The notes under the pieces: generated by a model
The model's input: only the letters and a program-made list of their open reading frames with translations
Database searches by the model: none
What the model was told of the DNA's origin: nothing
Shown: piece after piece, positions 37,399 through 48,480 of the stretch
How positions within the stretch are numbered: the stretch's first letter is position 1
How the letters are laid out: every line of letters begins with the position of its first letter
Position numbers and translations under genes: made by a program
From: Rebecca billardiae RCC1528
Lineage: Eukaryota; Protista; Haptophyta
Direction of reading: 5' to 3'
Assembly: GCA_965240325.2 (NCBI GenBank)
Contig: OZ251231.1
Location: 868,001-932,000 of the forward strand
DNA: 64,000 nucleotides

Positions 37399-38346
37399 TC
37401 TATGATTTTACCACACAGGTAGGACGGCGCAGGTCTAGCTCCTGATTCGTCGTCGGCAGTGGGCGAGTGGCATCATCCAAGGAGACTTTAAAAATCCCCT
37501 TATTGCATCATCATCCATATCATTCATCAACGGATCGCGTGATGATTCGCGCATCAGATTTCTCGGGCGCCGGACTCGGCTGGAGGCGGAGCCAGCCCGG
37601 CGACGGCGCGGGACAGAAGCACTCCGCTGTCATCGATGATCGCAATACAGCGCGTGTTCAGTGCGGTGCACAGAGGGCTGCCCTGCGGCCTGCAGGCGCT
37701 CGCAGCCGCAAGTAGTCCCGTGAGCGCGCGCGAATCCTGCCTCCTGGGCCTGGCAACTTGGGGAAAATCAGCTGCACGACAGCTCGTGCCGGCTGGCCCA
37801 CGCGCGAAACGGCCTCCAATCGATGTAAATACCAGCTTCTCTAGCACACAGCCAGACACGTGAAATGAAAAGATCACGGCTGTGCGGGAATCAATCAGTC
37901 CAGATTGACCGTGACCGCGGCGTGCTGTCCGGTGCCCGCCAGCTGTGACAGGCGGCGTAGCCGAGGCGTCGTAGCTGAAGTAGTGAGTAGAAACTAGAAT
38001 AGGATTGCTAGTAGATTACTGTAGATACTAAATCGGACGTGGTGTGGGCAGGCCTGAGTGTCTTAGCGAGCGTGCGTTGCCTCGGGCTGGTTCATCGCCG
38101 GTGCTGACTGGCGTACGGTATTGGTCACACTGAGTGGTACGTCCCACCGTAGTCCGTACTCCCCGGGCCACGGGCAGCGCGGTACTCTGATGACGTGACG
38201 GACTTGACGTCTGTACCGCGGCCCCGGGTCGGAATCGGATGCTGCGCTATACTGTTATAGTTACGGCGATGCCACCGCCTGCCCAGGTGGCAGAGGTGTT
38301 GCCTCGGTGGCATCCCGTCACCATGCATTCTGCCATCGGAGCATGC

Positions 38347-40200
38347 TCACTGCTCGGCGACGGGGGGCTCCCAGTCGACTAGGCACGCGTCGAGAGCGCC
38401 GCTGATAGCATCGCGGTCGAGGCCAACGCCGATGAAGACGAGCTCCTGCCGGCGATCGCCCGCGCCGCTGCCGCCCTCCTCGAGAGGCTGGTCGAAGTCG
38501 GACATGATCGACTCCGTGTACTCCGCGGGCCACGTCTCGCGTGGCACGGCTGCCCACCACGAGCCGAGCCGCTCGAGCGAGCCGTGCGCACGCGCGTGCG
38601 ACCAGTAGAAGGCGGTTTTGTCCTCGCCCTCGAGCCAGACGAAGCCCTTGGAGCGAAGCACTCCCGCCCAGAGGGCGGTGGCGTCGGACGTGCCGTCGGG
38701 CGCGCGGCCGGGCCCGGGAAGCGAGCCCTGCGCCGCCTGCTCCCGCTGCACCCGCTGCAGCGCCTCGAGCACCCCCGCCAGCTTCGCGCGTGCGAACGGC
38801 CGCCTGCCGGTGTACACAAAGGTGCCGATGCCAAACCGCTCGGACGCAGTCGTCTCGGCCGAGTGCCCGTGGCTGTGCTCGTGCGCGTGGCCGTGCTCGT
38901 GGCTGTGCTCGTGCGCGTGGCTGTGCTTGTGCGCGTGCTCATCTGCGTGCCCGTGCTCGTGGCTGTGCTCGCCAGTGTCGGCGCACGCGTCCGGCCGGTC
39001 TGCTTGCTGCGCGTGCTCGTGAGAGTGCGAGTGGCCCGCGTGCTCTGCGTGCTCTGCGTCGGAGGCAGCCTCAGCGGGCCCATCGGCACGCGCCTCCTTG
39101 AAGCGCGCCAAGTCCACGGCGGCCTTGTGGTCCATCACGTCGTTGCTCATCGCCACCGAGTCTACCGCCGCTGCCTCGTCCGCAGCCAGCCCGTAACCTT
39201 CGGGCAGGATCGCCGAGAGCGGCACCACGCCGTGCACGGCGTCCACCACCGTGGCGTACCCGTTCAGCTCGCGCACGAGAGCGCGCACCGCGTCGGCCTC
39301 GGCGGGGGTGACGCAGTCGAGCTTGTTGAGCACGACCACGTCGGCCGTCTCGACCTGCTCGACGAGCAGGTCAACCACCTGCCGGTGCGCCGCCGGGTCG
39401 GCCTGCGGCGGCGGTGCGAACGGCGCATTCGCGCCTGGCGCGCCGCCAGCCGCCGCTGCGCCGCCGTTGTCGCCGAGCAAGTCGGGCCGCTCGCGCACCT
39501 GCTGCAGCGAGTTGAGCTGCTCGTTGAACGTGGACGCGTCGACGACCGTCACCATCCGCGCGAGCTGCACCGCCTGCATCACCTGGTAACCCAGCTCCGT
39601 CGCCTCCTGGAACGAGTCGCGCACCAGCTTGGGCTCGGCCACGCCCGACGACTCGACCAGCACGTGGTCGTACCGCTGCTGCTTCATGTACGAGAGCGAG
39701 ACGAGCTCGCTCAGGGCGGAGAAGAGCTCGTCGCCCGCGTTGCAGCAGATGCATCCATTCTGCAGCTGTACCATGTCCATCTCCATGCCGGCCGACGGCT
39801 TCGGACCATCGCCTGCCGCAGCCGCACCGCCGCCACCGCCCGTGCGCTCCGCCACCAGCTTCGCGTCGACGTTGACGGCAGCCACGTCGTTGACCAGGAC
39901 GCCCACGCGATAGCCCTCACCATTCTCTAGCACGTGCTTCAGCAACGTCGTCTTGCCCGCGCCCAGGAAGCCCGAGATCACCGTGACAGGCAGCGGATGG
40001 CGGGCCTGATCGTCAAGCCACTTCTGCGGGTCGGGAGGAGTGGACACGTCGGTCGGCGAGGAGGATGCCGTGACGTGCGCGGCACGCCGAAGCGCCGGCG
40101 CGCGGGCAAGCACCGCCGAGCGGTGCGCGATCGGCACCGGGCCGCGCGCCGCGGCCGCTGCCGCCGAAGCGAACGCTGCGGCGAAGAGGGCGCGTGCCAT
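38347..40200 (-). CDS. COG0523/CobW-family G3E GTPase metallochaperone with His-rich insert, likely plastid-targeted
   Basis: SGFLGAGKTT, VNDVAAVNVD, NGCICC, VESSGVAEP, LNKLD, HEHSH repeats, LRSKGFVW, DRRQELVFIG. Hydrophobic MARALFAAAFASA leader. Confidence 0.95.
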   Translation of the reverse strand: MARALFAAAFASAAAAAARGPVPIAHRSAVLARAPALRRAAHVTASSSPTDVSTPPDPQKWLDDQARHPLPVTVISGFLGAGKTTLLKHVLENGEGYRVGVLVNDVAAVNVDAKLVAERTGGGGGAAAAGDGPKPSAGMEMDMVQLQNGCICCNAGDELFSALSELVSLSYMKQQRYDHVLVESSGVAEPKLVRDSFQEATELGYQVMQAVQLARMVTVVDASTFNEQLNSLQQVRERPDLLGDNGGAAAAGGAPGANAPFAPPPQADPAAHRQVVDLLVEQVETADVVVLNKLDCVTPAEADAVRALVRELNGYATVVDAVHGVVPLSAILPEGYGLAADEAAAVDSVAMSNDVMDHKAAVDLARFKEARADGPAEAASDAEHAEHAGHSHSHEHAQQADRPDACADTGEHSHEHGHADEHAHKHSHAHEHSHEHGHAHEHSHGHSAETTASERFGIGTFVYTGRRPFARAKLAGVLEALQRVQREQAAQGSLPGPGRAPDGTSDATALWAGVLRSKGFVWLEGEDKTAFYWSHARAHGSLERLGSWWAAVPRETWPAEYTESIMSDFDQPLEEGGSGAGDRRQELVFIGVGLDRDAISGALDACLVDWEPPVAEQ

Positions 40201-40435
40201 CGCTGTCGCGAAAAAGAAGTCGTCGAGAGCCGACGCGTCGACCTGGTCCCGAATCGCCTCTGCTCGATCTCCATGGTCCGGTGCCGGCGTTCCGCTTCCC
40301 GGAGTGCTTTCGTTGCCCGCTGCGGCCGTTGCCTCCCCTCGGCCCCTCCCGGAGCAAGCTTGGGGTGGAGGCCGCGGAGCGCCAAGGAGCGCGTAGTGTG
40401 GGCCGACCCCGTCTTTGGTGGAGACCGCCGTCGAG

Positions 40436-40995
40436 ATGGGCAAGCACACGTCGACGACCGTGGTGCACATCTACAACTACGGCTACGACGGCTCGCCTCA
40501 GACGTGGACGCGCACCGACGGCGGGGTGGGCGACTGCAGAGCCGGGTACGGCAGCTTTGACCCGTCGGCGGCCTCGAGCCTCACCTACAGCAAGGACGAC
40601 GAGTACTACGTTGACCCCACCGACGACACCTCTACAGACTGCTTTGTGCGCTCATGCAGGCGCAGGCGCGAGCGCCCACGCGCGCACAGCCATCCCGCCG
40701 TGCTGATCGGCTGATCTGCGCCCGTCCGATCCTCACGCGACGCGGCTGCGCGGGGCAGGTCGAGTACACGGGCGAGAGTGATGTGCGCAGGCCCGCCGCG
40801 CGCGAGAGTGGGCACCACGCGCCTGGCTGAGCCGTGCCCACCGCGCGCCGTACACGGCCTCAGGGCAAAGTCGTCTGGTGGAGGTCGACCAACTCCCCAG
40901 ATGGCGACTCGTTCGACCACTCCGACAACGTAGCGCAGTGGGATTGCTCCAGCACGAGCAAGTATGAGCCTTGGCTCTGCCAGGTGACATTCTAG
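40436..40995 (+). CDS. Small (~121 aa) acidic beta-rich protein; exons 40436-40645, 40759-40782, 40864-40995
   Basis: Two GTGCGC..CAG phase-0 introns join a continuous frame MGKHTSTTVVHIYNYGY...DCF/VEYTGESD/GKVVWWRS...WLCQVTF*. The 5' end is uncertain. Confidence 0.65.
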
Positions 40996-41826
40996 AGACA
41001 AATCGAGAGCACGGTCGCGCCAGGGGAAGAGGGGACATGGTGCTCCCAGTACAGGCTGCCCCTCGCTCGCTTTGAAGCGGCTCTCGTTCCGCGGCGCACC
41101 GGCCGCAGCCGCGCGTCCCGCAGCGCCGCACTGCTGCATGTTCACTGCTGATTCACTGGGATCGCGCGCGAGGCGCGGAAGGCAGAAAGCTGAGCGACTC
41201 GAGACGAGACGATCGGCCTCGTGAGACCCAGCGACACCGGCGGGAGCGACGTGCCGCCTCTTCAGCTACTCGCTCCGCGCGGTCCATGACGCTCGTACCG
41301 GGCGGCGCGCCGGTCCGGCCGACGGCGACTACGACGTCGCGCCCTCACCGAAGAGGCCGCACTGATGACCGAGCTAGTGCTATGACAGTGACAGGTCACT
41401 ATCAGAATCCGGGACGTCCAGCAGCCAGCAGCCCGCCAGCAGGCCTTGGGTGCATTCAGAATCATGCTATTAGTTACAATAATACTTTATTTAAAGAATT
41501 GCCGAACTGCGGCTTTGTCTAACTGTTTGACGACTTTTACTATTGCTGGGGGACTCACTCCGGGGAGGGGGTCTAGCTGGGCTAGCAGCCAGCGCAGCAC
41601 ATTCATCAGCCGCCGCCATGTTCTGCCAATGACACTCAGCCAACTACAGGCACAGCCCAACTGCCATATATTACTAAGTTCATGCTGTGAAGTGTGAGCT
41701 CGTTGTGAACCGCCTGTAGTAGTTGCCGGATGATATCGGCAACCACTCGCGCGGGACGACATATTCCGATAATATTGGCGGCTGACTACCAGTGACCGCG
41801 CCGATCAGCATATTCGTCATCATCAG

Positions 41827-41831
<5 letters not shown>

Positions 41832-41920
<89 letters not shown>
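41832..41920. repeat. (TA)n microsatellite
   Basis: Directly visible. Confidence 0.98.
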
Positions 41921-41921
<1 letters not shown>

Positions 41922-41983
41922 CTTTCAAGGGCAGCCACCTCGGGACTCGCTCGCGCGCCTGTTGCGACGAGTGCGTGTCGTCA

Positions 41984-43531
41984 TCAATTGAGCTGAGTAG
42001 CCTCGGCCATGGCGGACCGTGCGTGCAGCAGGGCGTCTGGGGCGGTTTGGAGTGCCGTCCTCGCGGTGCGGCTGGCAGCGCCGCGCACATTGGAAGCGAG
42101 CTCACTTTCGGACTCCCGAATGTGGTTGAGACCCAAGACGAGGGAGGTGCCCACGAAGCAGCAGCACAGAGCCTGAGTGGCCACCGCGCAAGCCTGCCCG
42201 GCTTCGCCTGTGATGCACCTAGCCACGCTCTGCAGATTGCGTCGCCAGTGCGTCAAGAGGCTCGGGCAGCACGGCGGCGTGCCGCACAACGGCAGGTAGA
42301 CCGAGGGCATCAGCGCGCACACGCACCCAGGCACGTAGGCCCGACGTTGGATGGGGCCACGCAACGCCAGATGCAGGCGTCCGACATTCGTGCCGAGTGA
42401 GAAGGCAGAGATCACCGGGTACACCATGTTGCGCGGCATCGGCACCGCGGGCGCGGGCAGCCAGAACTGGCCGATGATGGGGTCGTCCTCTCGGATGAAT
42501 CCGTACCGCGCGAGCATCAGCCGCACCTTGATTGCGTCAGTCGGCTCGTAGTCCAGTGGGCCGGAGGACCACTCGAAGACGGGCGTGCGCGTGTCACGCA
42601 CGATGAACGAGCGGCGCGTGACCGCGCCGTGTTGCACGACCACGTACGTGGAGGGCGGCAGGCCAAAGGGCGCATCGCGCGAGACAGCGGCGTGCAGCTC
42701 TGCAGACTCGACATACACGGTGAGTGTGACGCTGGTGGTGTAGTGGCGCGTGGAGAGGAAGCGATCCGCCTCGGGGTTGAGCGCGACGTCGATCGTCTTG
42801 TCGATCCAGCCCACCCCGAGCGTGGCGGCATCCTCTCTCATGAGGTCCTGCACGGTCACAATGCCGGCCGACCTGGCCTGCGACGGCGAGATGCGCTTGC
42901 CCGCCGAGTAGAAGACCGGCACGTCAGCCCACACCGGCTTGGCGGACGGATTGACGAACTGGGTCGCATCCCGTCGCTCCAGCACCTTGGCGAGCACAGC
43001 GCGGTACGAGTCGTTCGCGAGCAGCACGTGCATGAGCGTGACCTCCTCCTCCTCCTCCGCCCCCTCCTCGCCAAACATGGAGAGGCGTGACAGCGAGTGC
43101 AACAGCCCGCCGCCGCGGCTCGGACGAGGGTAGATGCGCATAAGTGGCGAAACCGAGTGCAGCACGACCTGCGGCATGATCGGCGAGCCCCCATCGAAGA
43201 CGACAAAGCGCAGCTTCACAGAGTCGTACACCGATGGCACGCGCGGATGGACCGTGTTCTGCGCACCCTCGTCGGCGCCTTCGTCGGGTGTCATCCACTG
43301 GTCGGCAAGCCGGACCGAGCGCAATACATTGCGCAGCTGATGCCGCGCGCGATGATCGGCGCGTTCTTGGGCGCTCCTTCCCGCCACAGCTCGCTGCGCG
43401 GGCACATGCGGCGCATCGGCTCCCGTGACACGAACCCGGCTCCCGCGCAGCGCCGAGCTGGCCCAAACACGGGGGCGGGATCGCCTGGGTGGCGCCGCAG
43501 CCGCATTTGCCTGACTCTCGGCGCTCGACAT
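41984..43531 (-). CDS. C2-domain protein with Cys-rich hydrophobic C-terminus
   Basis: LTVYVESAEL, STYVVVQHG, RSFIVRDTRTPVFEW, DDPIIGQF, GRLHLAL. Confidence 0.7.
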   Translation of the reverse strand: MSSAESQANAAAAPPRRSRPRVWASSALRGSRVRVTGADAPHVPAQRAVAGRSAQERADHRARHQLRNVLRSVRLADQWMTPDEGADEGAQNTVHPRVPSVYDSVKLRFVVFDGGSPIMPQVVLHSVSPLMRIYPRPSRGGGLLHSLSRLSMFGEEGAEEEEEVTLMHVLLANDSYRAVLAKVLERRDATQFVNPSAKPVWADVPVFYSAGKRISPSQARSAGIVTVQDLMREDAATLGVGWIDKTIDVALNPEADRFLSTRHYTTSVTLTVYVESAELHAAVSRDAPFGLPPSTYVVVQHGAVTRRSFIVRDTRTPVFEWSSGPLDYEPTDAIKVRLMLARYGFIREDDPIIGQFWLPAPAVPMPRNMVYPVISAFSLGTNVGRLHLALRGPIQRRAYVPGCVCALMPSVYLPLCGTPPCCPSLLTHWRRNLQSVARCITGEAGQACAVATQALCCCFVGTSLVLGLNHIRESESELASNVRGAASRTARTALQTAPDALLHARSAMAEATQLN

Positions 43532-44157
43532 CGCTGTCAGCCTCGCCTTGAGTGCGCCTCGCGTCCGCTTCGCGCGCCGTCACCACCAGGGGGCAGTCGA
43601 ACGGCCGAGTTGACGCCCACTTTTCGATCGCGACACAGCAAGCATGCGGAATGTTCATCAGCGCACCTAGCTCAGGCGTTTCGTGTCAAACGATACTACA
43701 CAGTGTAGTATGATACAAGTACAGCTAGTACTATGCCAGGGGTACTGTACTAACTACTGTCGTACTTTACTGTCTAATAGAATAGCTGAGGCTAGCTAGT
43801 AGCTTCACGTACAGTTGAATTCAGTCGAGGGGCAAGGCTCTGGCTGCTCAGACTACCTACCGTCTGTACGTAGCCGCCAAGCAGCTCACTAAGCTGGCAG
43901 AGTCAGCGCCAGGACAGTCGGACTGACCCGTCGTCAGAGACTCGGAGTGACGGAGTCGGAGCCGCATTGTAAACCGGTGAACCCCCTTCGGCCTTCCGCC
44001 GCCGGGGCCTTCGGCCCTTGGTCGCCGGAGGTGTTCGGCCAGGTAAGTGACGAGCCTCATCCTCAGGTGACTTCAGGAGCAGCGACGCTGACGGCAAAGG
44101 GCTGCAGCGACGGTCGCCAATGATCACGCCTGCTTAACCTTACTCGATCGGCTGCGG

Positions 44158-46638
44158 CTACGCATTGACGCTGTCGTCCAGCGGCTGTGCCTGTGTGCTG
44201 GTTGGCGGGGCGGTAGCCTCAGCCGTCGCTGCCACTGGCGGGGCGATCGGCTCTGTGATCGGCCGGGAGTCCTCGGCACGACCCGCGGGCTCCGTGGGCG
44301 CAGGCGCCGCTCCATCGGCCGAGGCGCCCCCTGCCCCGCATGCGCTCTCTGCGCTCGATGTCCCCGCGCCCAGCCCCTCCGCAGCAGCGGGCGCGCTGCC
44401 CGCCGCCGCCGGCGCAGCGGCGGCGGGCGGTGCGGGGGTCACATCTTCGAGCCTGCGCTGCAGCAGCGCCTCCACCTCCGCGTCCAGCCCGCCATCCGCC
44501 GCCTGCTGCGCACCACCGGCCCGGGGCGGGGGCTGCGAGTCGTGCGCGGCCGGGGCGGGCTCGGAATTTGCAGCCGGCGCGTCGGGTCGCGAATCGCTCG
44601 CCCCCGCCGCGTCCCCGTCCGCATCCAACGGGGGCTGCCCGGCGCCGTGCCTCGGGCCCGCCGGCTGTCGCACGCGCCGCCCAGCGCCGGGCTTGGGGAT
44701 GGCCGACGGCGGCCCGGGCCGAGGCGCCGGGCCCGAGCTGCGCTTCGAGGGCGCCATCGCCGGGTCCCCGTGCTGCGCGAGCTGCGCGGCGTACACGGGC
44801 GCGAGCGGCGGCGCCGGGAACGTGCCATCGTTGTGGTCGACGCTCACGTTCCACTTGCCCTTCGCGTTGCCCGCGGTGTCGTGCGCGCGGCGCGTGTTGA
44901 CCGCGGCGCGCTTGCGGTCGAGCGCGTTCTTCGCGCGCAACGCCGAGTCATAGGCCTCCGTCTCCGCGCGCAGCTCCGCCTGCACGCCCTCGAGCTCGGC
45001 CGTGCACGCCTCGAGCTCGCGCCGGACCACCGCCGCCTCCGACATGCGCTGCGCGTACAGCGCGCCGAGCTGGTCGGCGAACGTGTCGACCTGCGCGACC
45101 GCCACCTCGTCGGGCTCGCCATCCGCCCGAAACGCGCTCGCGGCGGATCGCGACGACGAGTTGAGCACGGCCGGCGGCCGCAGGGGCGAGCGCGCGCCAG
45201 GCGAGCGCGCGCCGGGCGAGCGCGCGCCCGGCGAGCGCGCGCCGCCGCTCCCCCACGAGGCGCTGATGACCAACGCGCCGCCATGCACGGGCGGCGCCAG
45301 CTTCGCGCGCGGCGGCGAGGCGTGGTCGTGGCGACGCGCCGCCCCCCGCGCGTGCGCGCCGCCGTGCGCCGCGTGCTGCTGCTGCTGCTGCTGCTGCGGT
45401 GCCGGGTGCAGCGCGAGGTCGACCAGCCGCCTGTGCTGCAGCAGCGCCTCGTTCAGCTCCTTCAGCTCGCGGTTCAGGCGCAGCCGCTCGGTGCCCGCGT
45501 CGTGCGCGCGCTTCTTGAGCTCGGCCGCCTCGGCGCGGTACTGCTCGGCGAGCCTCGCCTGCTCGGCCGCGCCCGCCGACGGCACGAGCTGCCGCTCCTT
45601 CGTCGCGATCAGCCCCTGCAAGAAGTCGCGCTCGCGCCTCGAGTCGGCGATCGCGCGCTCGAGGTCGACCGCCTGGTCGTCGAGCGCCTGCAGCGCCGCC
45701 GCGGCGTCCGCGCGCACCTCGACGCGCCGCTGCAGCGCCGCCACCTCCTTCTGCGCCTCGCTCAGCTCGGCGCGCAGCGCATCGACCACGCCGCTCGAGA
45801 CCTCGCCAACGGCGGGCGCGCCGCCGGCCGCCTCTGCCGCGCGCTGCGGTGTGGCGCCCGCCGGCCTGCGCTGCGCCGCTCCCGCGTGGTGTGCGTGCTG
45901 CTGCTGCTGATGCTGCTGCGCCGCCAGCTTCCTTGCACGGCGCTGCGACGCCTCGGTCAGCTGCTTCAGCGTGGCGCGTAGTTCGTCGCGCTGCGCGCGC
46001 AGCTGCGCGCGCTCCGCGGCGGACGCGCGCTCGCGAGCGTCCGCCGCCGCCGCGTCCGCTCGCACGGCCGCGCTCAGCTCTCGCGCGAGCTGCGCCCGCT
46101 CCGCCTCGGCCTCGGCGGTGGCCGCCTCGAGGCTGCGCAGCTCCGCCTGCTGCGCCTCGAGCTCGGCACGCAGCGCGGCGGCCTCATCTGCCGACGAGCC
46201 CGCCGTGTGCGCGGGCGCCGCCGGTGATCTTGGCACCGGCGGGGGCGGCTGATCCGACGGCGGCGACCCCGGCGACACCGATACCGTCGCCACGCTTGGC
46301 GCCGCTGCCGCCGGGGCAGGCGCCGCCACGCTCGGCGGCGAAGGCGGCGAAGGCACCTGCGGGACCGGGGCAGGCGCCGCCGCCCCGCTCGGCGCGCTCG
46401 ATGCGCCCGCAGCCGAGGTCTCCTCTTCCTCGTCCTCCGCAACCTCCTCAGCCCCTGCGCTCGTGTCCGCAGCGACCGCCGGCGCGCCTGCGCCAAGGCC
46501 GGCCGACGGGTCCTCGTGGTCGATGGGGAGCGCGGGCGTTAGGTCCACCTCGTTCGCGGCGGGTGCGGCGACCGCCTGCGGCAGTGCCTCGTCATCCACA
46601 GTTGGAGGCTCGGGCGCTCCACCCGCGTCGTCGGCCAT
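44158..46638 (-). CDS. Long coiled-coil/low-complexity protein of unknown function
   Basis: Open frame with heptad-rich E/A/L/R segments flanked by Pro/Ala-rich regions. The start MADDAGG is inferred. Confidence 0.7.
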   Translation of the reverse strand: MADDAGGAPEPPTVDDEALPQAVAAPAANEVDLTPALPIDHEDPSAGLGAGAPAVAADTSAGAEEVAEDEEEETSAAGASSAPSGAAAPAPVPQVPSPPSPPSVAAPAPAAAAPSVATVSVSPGSPPSDQPPPPVPRSPAAPAHTAGSSADEAAALRAELEAQQAELRSLEAATAEAEAERAQLARELSAAVRADAAAADARERASAAERAQLRAQRDELRATLKQLTEASQRRARKLAAQQHQQQQHAHHAGAAQRRPAGATPQRAAEAAGGAPAVGEVSSGVVDALRAELSEAQKEVAALQRRVEVRADAAAALQALDDQAVDLERAIADSRRERDFLQGLIATKERQLVPSAGAAEQARLAEQYRAEAAELKKRAHDAGTERLRLNRELKELNEALLQHRRLVDLALHPAPQQQQQQQHAAHGGAHARGAARRHDHASPPRAKLAPPVHGGALVISASWGSGGARSPGARSPGARSPGARSPLRPPAVLNSSSRSAASAFRADGEPDEVAVAQVDTFADQLGALYAQRMSEAAVVRRELEACTAELEGVQAELRAETEAYDSALRAKNALDRKRAAVNTRRAHDTAGNAKGKWNVSVDHNDGTFPAPPLAPVYAAQLAQHGDPAMAPSKRSSGPAPRPGPPSAIPKPGAGRRVRQPAGPRHGAGQPPLDADGDAAGASDSRPDAPAANSEPAPAAHDSQPPPRAGGAQQAADGGLDAEVEALLQRRLEDVTPAPPAAAAPAAAGSAPAAAEGLGAGTSSAESACGAGGASADGAAPAPTEPAGRAEDSRPITEPIAPPVAATAEATAPPTSTQAQPLDDSVNA

Positions 46639-46788
46639 GCCGATGGGCCTGGCCAGGGCGGTGAGAACCGTCAGCCGTGAAACTGAAATCAGCCTGTAGA
46701 GTTCCGGACCAAGAAAGACCCCGGATTTCAGCAGATCTGCAAGATACCCCGGCGCATCATTTCTCCTCACACATCCGGGCTGCGCGCC

Positions 46789-48064
46789 ATGGCGGAGGAA
46801 GGCCAAACGCCGGCGGGTCCGTACATCCCGTTGGAGCCGGCTGCGCAGGAGGCGGGCGGGGAGACGCCCACAGCCGGCACTACCGTCAGGCGACGCGCTG
46901 CGTGCGCTGCCCTCATCCCCTCCGCTTTCGCCATCGCCCTTGCGTGCTACAGCGGGCTGTGCGTGCTGCTGCCAAGCCGACCAGGGCACATCCGACCCGA
47001 GAGCGTGCCCTCTGCACGCGAGAGGCGCGACGACGCGAACGCGCTGTATGTGTTGGCGATCGGTGACTGGGGCGGCATCCCCGTGTGGCCGTACGTGACG
47101 CCGGCACAGCTCGCGGTGCGCACAGCCATGGCAAAGGCGATGAGCCGCTCAGCCGCGCCGGTGAAGCGCATCCTCGCGCTCGGGGACAACTTCTACCACA
47201 CGGGTGTGAACAGCGCGCACGACTCGCGTTTCAGAAGTACGTTCGAGGATGTCTACGTCACGGGGCACCCCGAGCTCGGCGAGTCCGACATGTGGCGCGT
47301 GGTCGCAGGCAACCGTGCGCGCCCGGCCGCTGCGAGCCCCGTGCGCCCCCGCCCGCCTTTATTGCATGCCAGCACATCTCAGTGTGCGCGCTGTGCCGCG
47401 CCCGCCGCATCGCGCAGACGATTACTACGGCAATGTAAGCGCACAGATCGCGTATAGCGCGCTGTCGCGCGCGTGGCACTTCCCGTCCGAGTACTACACA
47501 TTCAGCGAGCCTGTGCCGGGCGGCGGGCGCGCGCAGTTTGTGATGGCAGACACGGTGCTGCTGAGCGCGGGCACAGCGGACGGCCTGCAGGGCGAGGCCG
47601 AGGCGCAGCGCGGGGAGGCGCACTGGGCGTGGCTGAACGAGACGCTCGCCGCGTCGACCGCGGAGTACCTGGTCGTGGCCGGCCACTACCCCGTGTGGTC
47701 GGTGGGCCCACACGGGCCCAATCAGCGGCTGGTGGCGCGGCTGCGGCCGCTGCTCTCGCAGCACGCCGTCACCGCCTACTTCTTCGGCCACGACCACTGC
47801 GCGCAGGCGCTGCGCGACGGCGATGTGGACCACCACGGCGTTGGCGGTGCCCACCTGCTCGTCTTCGGGGCCTCCAACCTCGGGGCCGTGCCCGACGGCA
47901 TGCTCGCCTTCCACTACGGCGGCAACATGTGGCCCGCGAACGCGTACAAGGGCGCGTTTGCGGAAGCCACCTTCCGTGCCACCGAGCTCACGGTCACGCA
48001 CTATGACTCGGACGGCCGGCCGCTGGCGACGATGACGCGGCCACCGCGCAAATCGCGACGATGA
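46789..48064 (+). CDS. Purple acid phosphatase (TRAP/ACP5-type); intron 47315-47417
   Basis: GDWG, GDNFY, GNHD (formed by splicing), VAGHYPVWS and GHDH metal motifs; N-terminal TM segment. Confidence 0.95.
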
Positions 48065-48480
48065 GCCTTTCGCGCTCTGCGCGCGCCGGTCGTGGTTAGC
48101 GTTGATCACGTAAGCGGCGGCGGGGTGATGGAAGCGCGCGTGCGGTCATTGCGCTGATGGTCGTGCGACAGATGCGCCGAGTGTGAGGGCCCAGCTGCAC
48201 ACACGGCAGGCCAGCGTGTGCACTGTGGGGGGCAACGTCGCCGGCCGGTCTGGCCATAGTCAGGCCATCGTCCAGTCAAACGGAAGTACAAAGACTAGGA
48301 TCGCCGCGCCAAAATAATCGCGCTACAACATCATCAGCATCAATCATCAGCATCAATAAATATGAGGCCCCGGCCGCGGCCGCCGCCGGCGGCGGCGGCG
48401 GGCTGCACGCACACTAGTACTAGGTGGCCGGGAGGGGTTGCCGCGGGGAGCGCTGCAAGCACCTGCAGCGGGCCCGACTC

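Noticed and set aside
34900-38300. Short ORFs between the Myb and COG0523 genes
   Set aside because: No motifs and frequent stops; appears to be decayed intergenic or repeat DNA.
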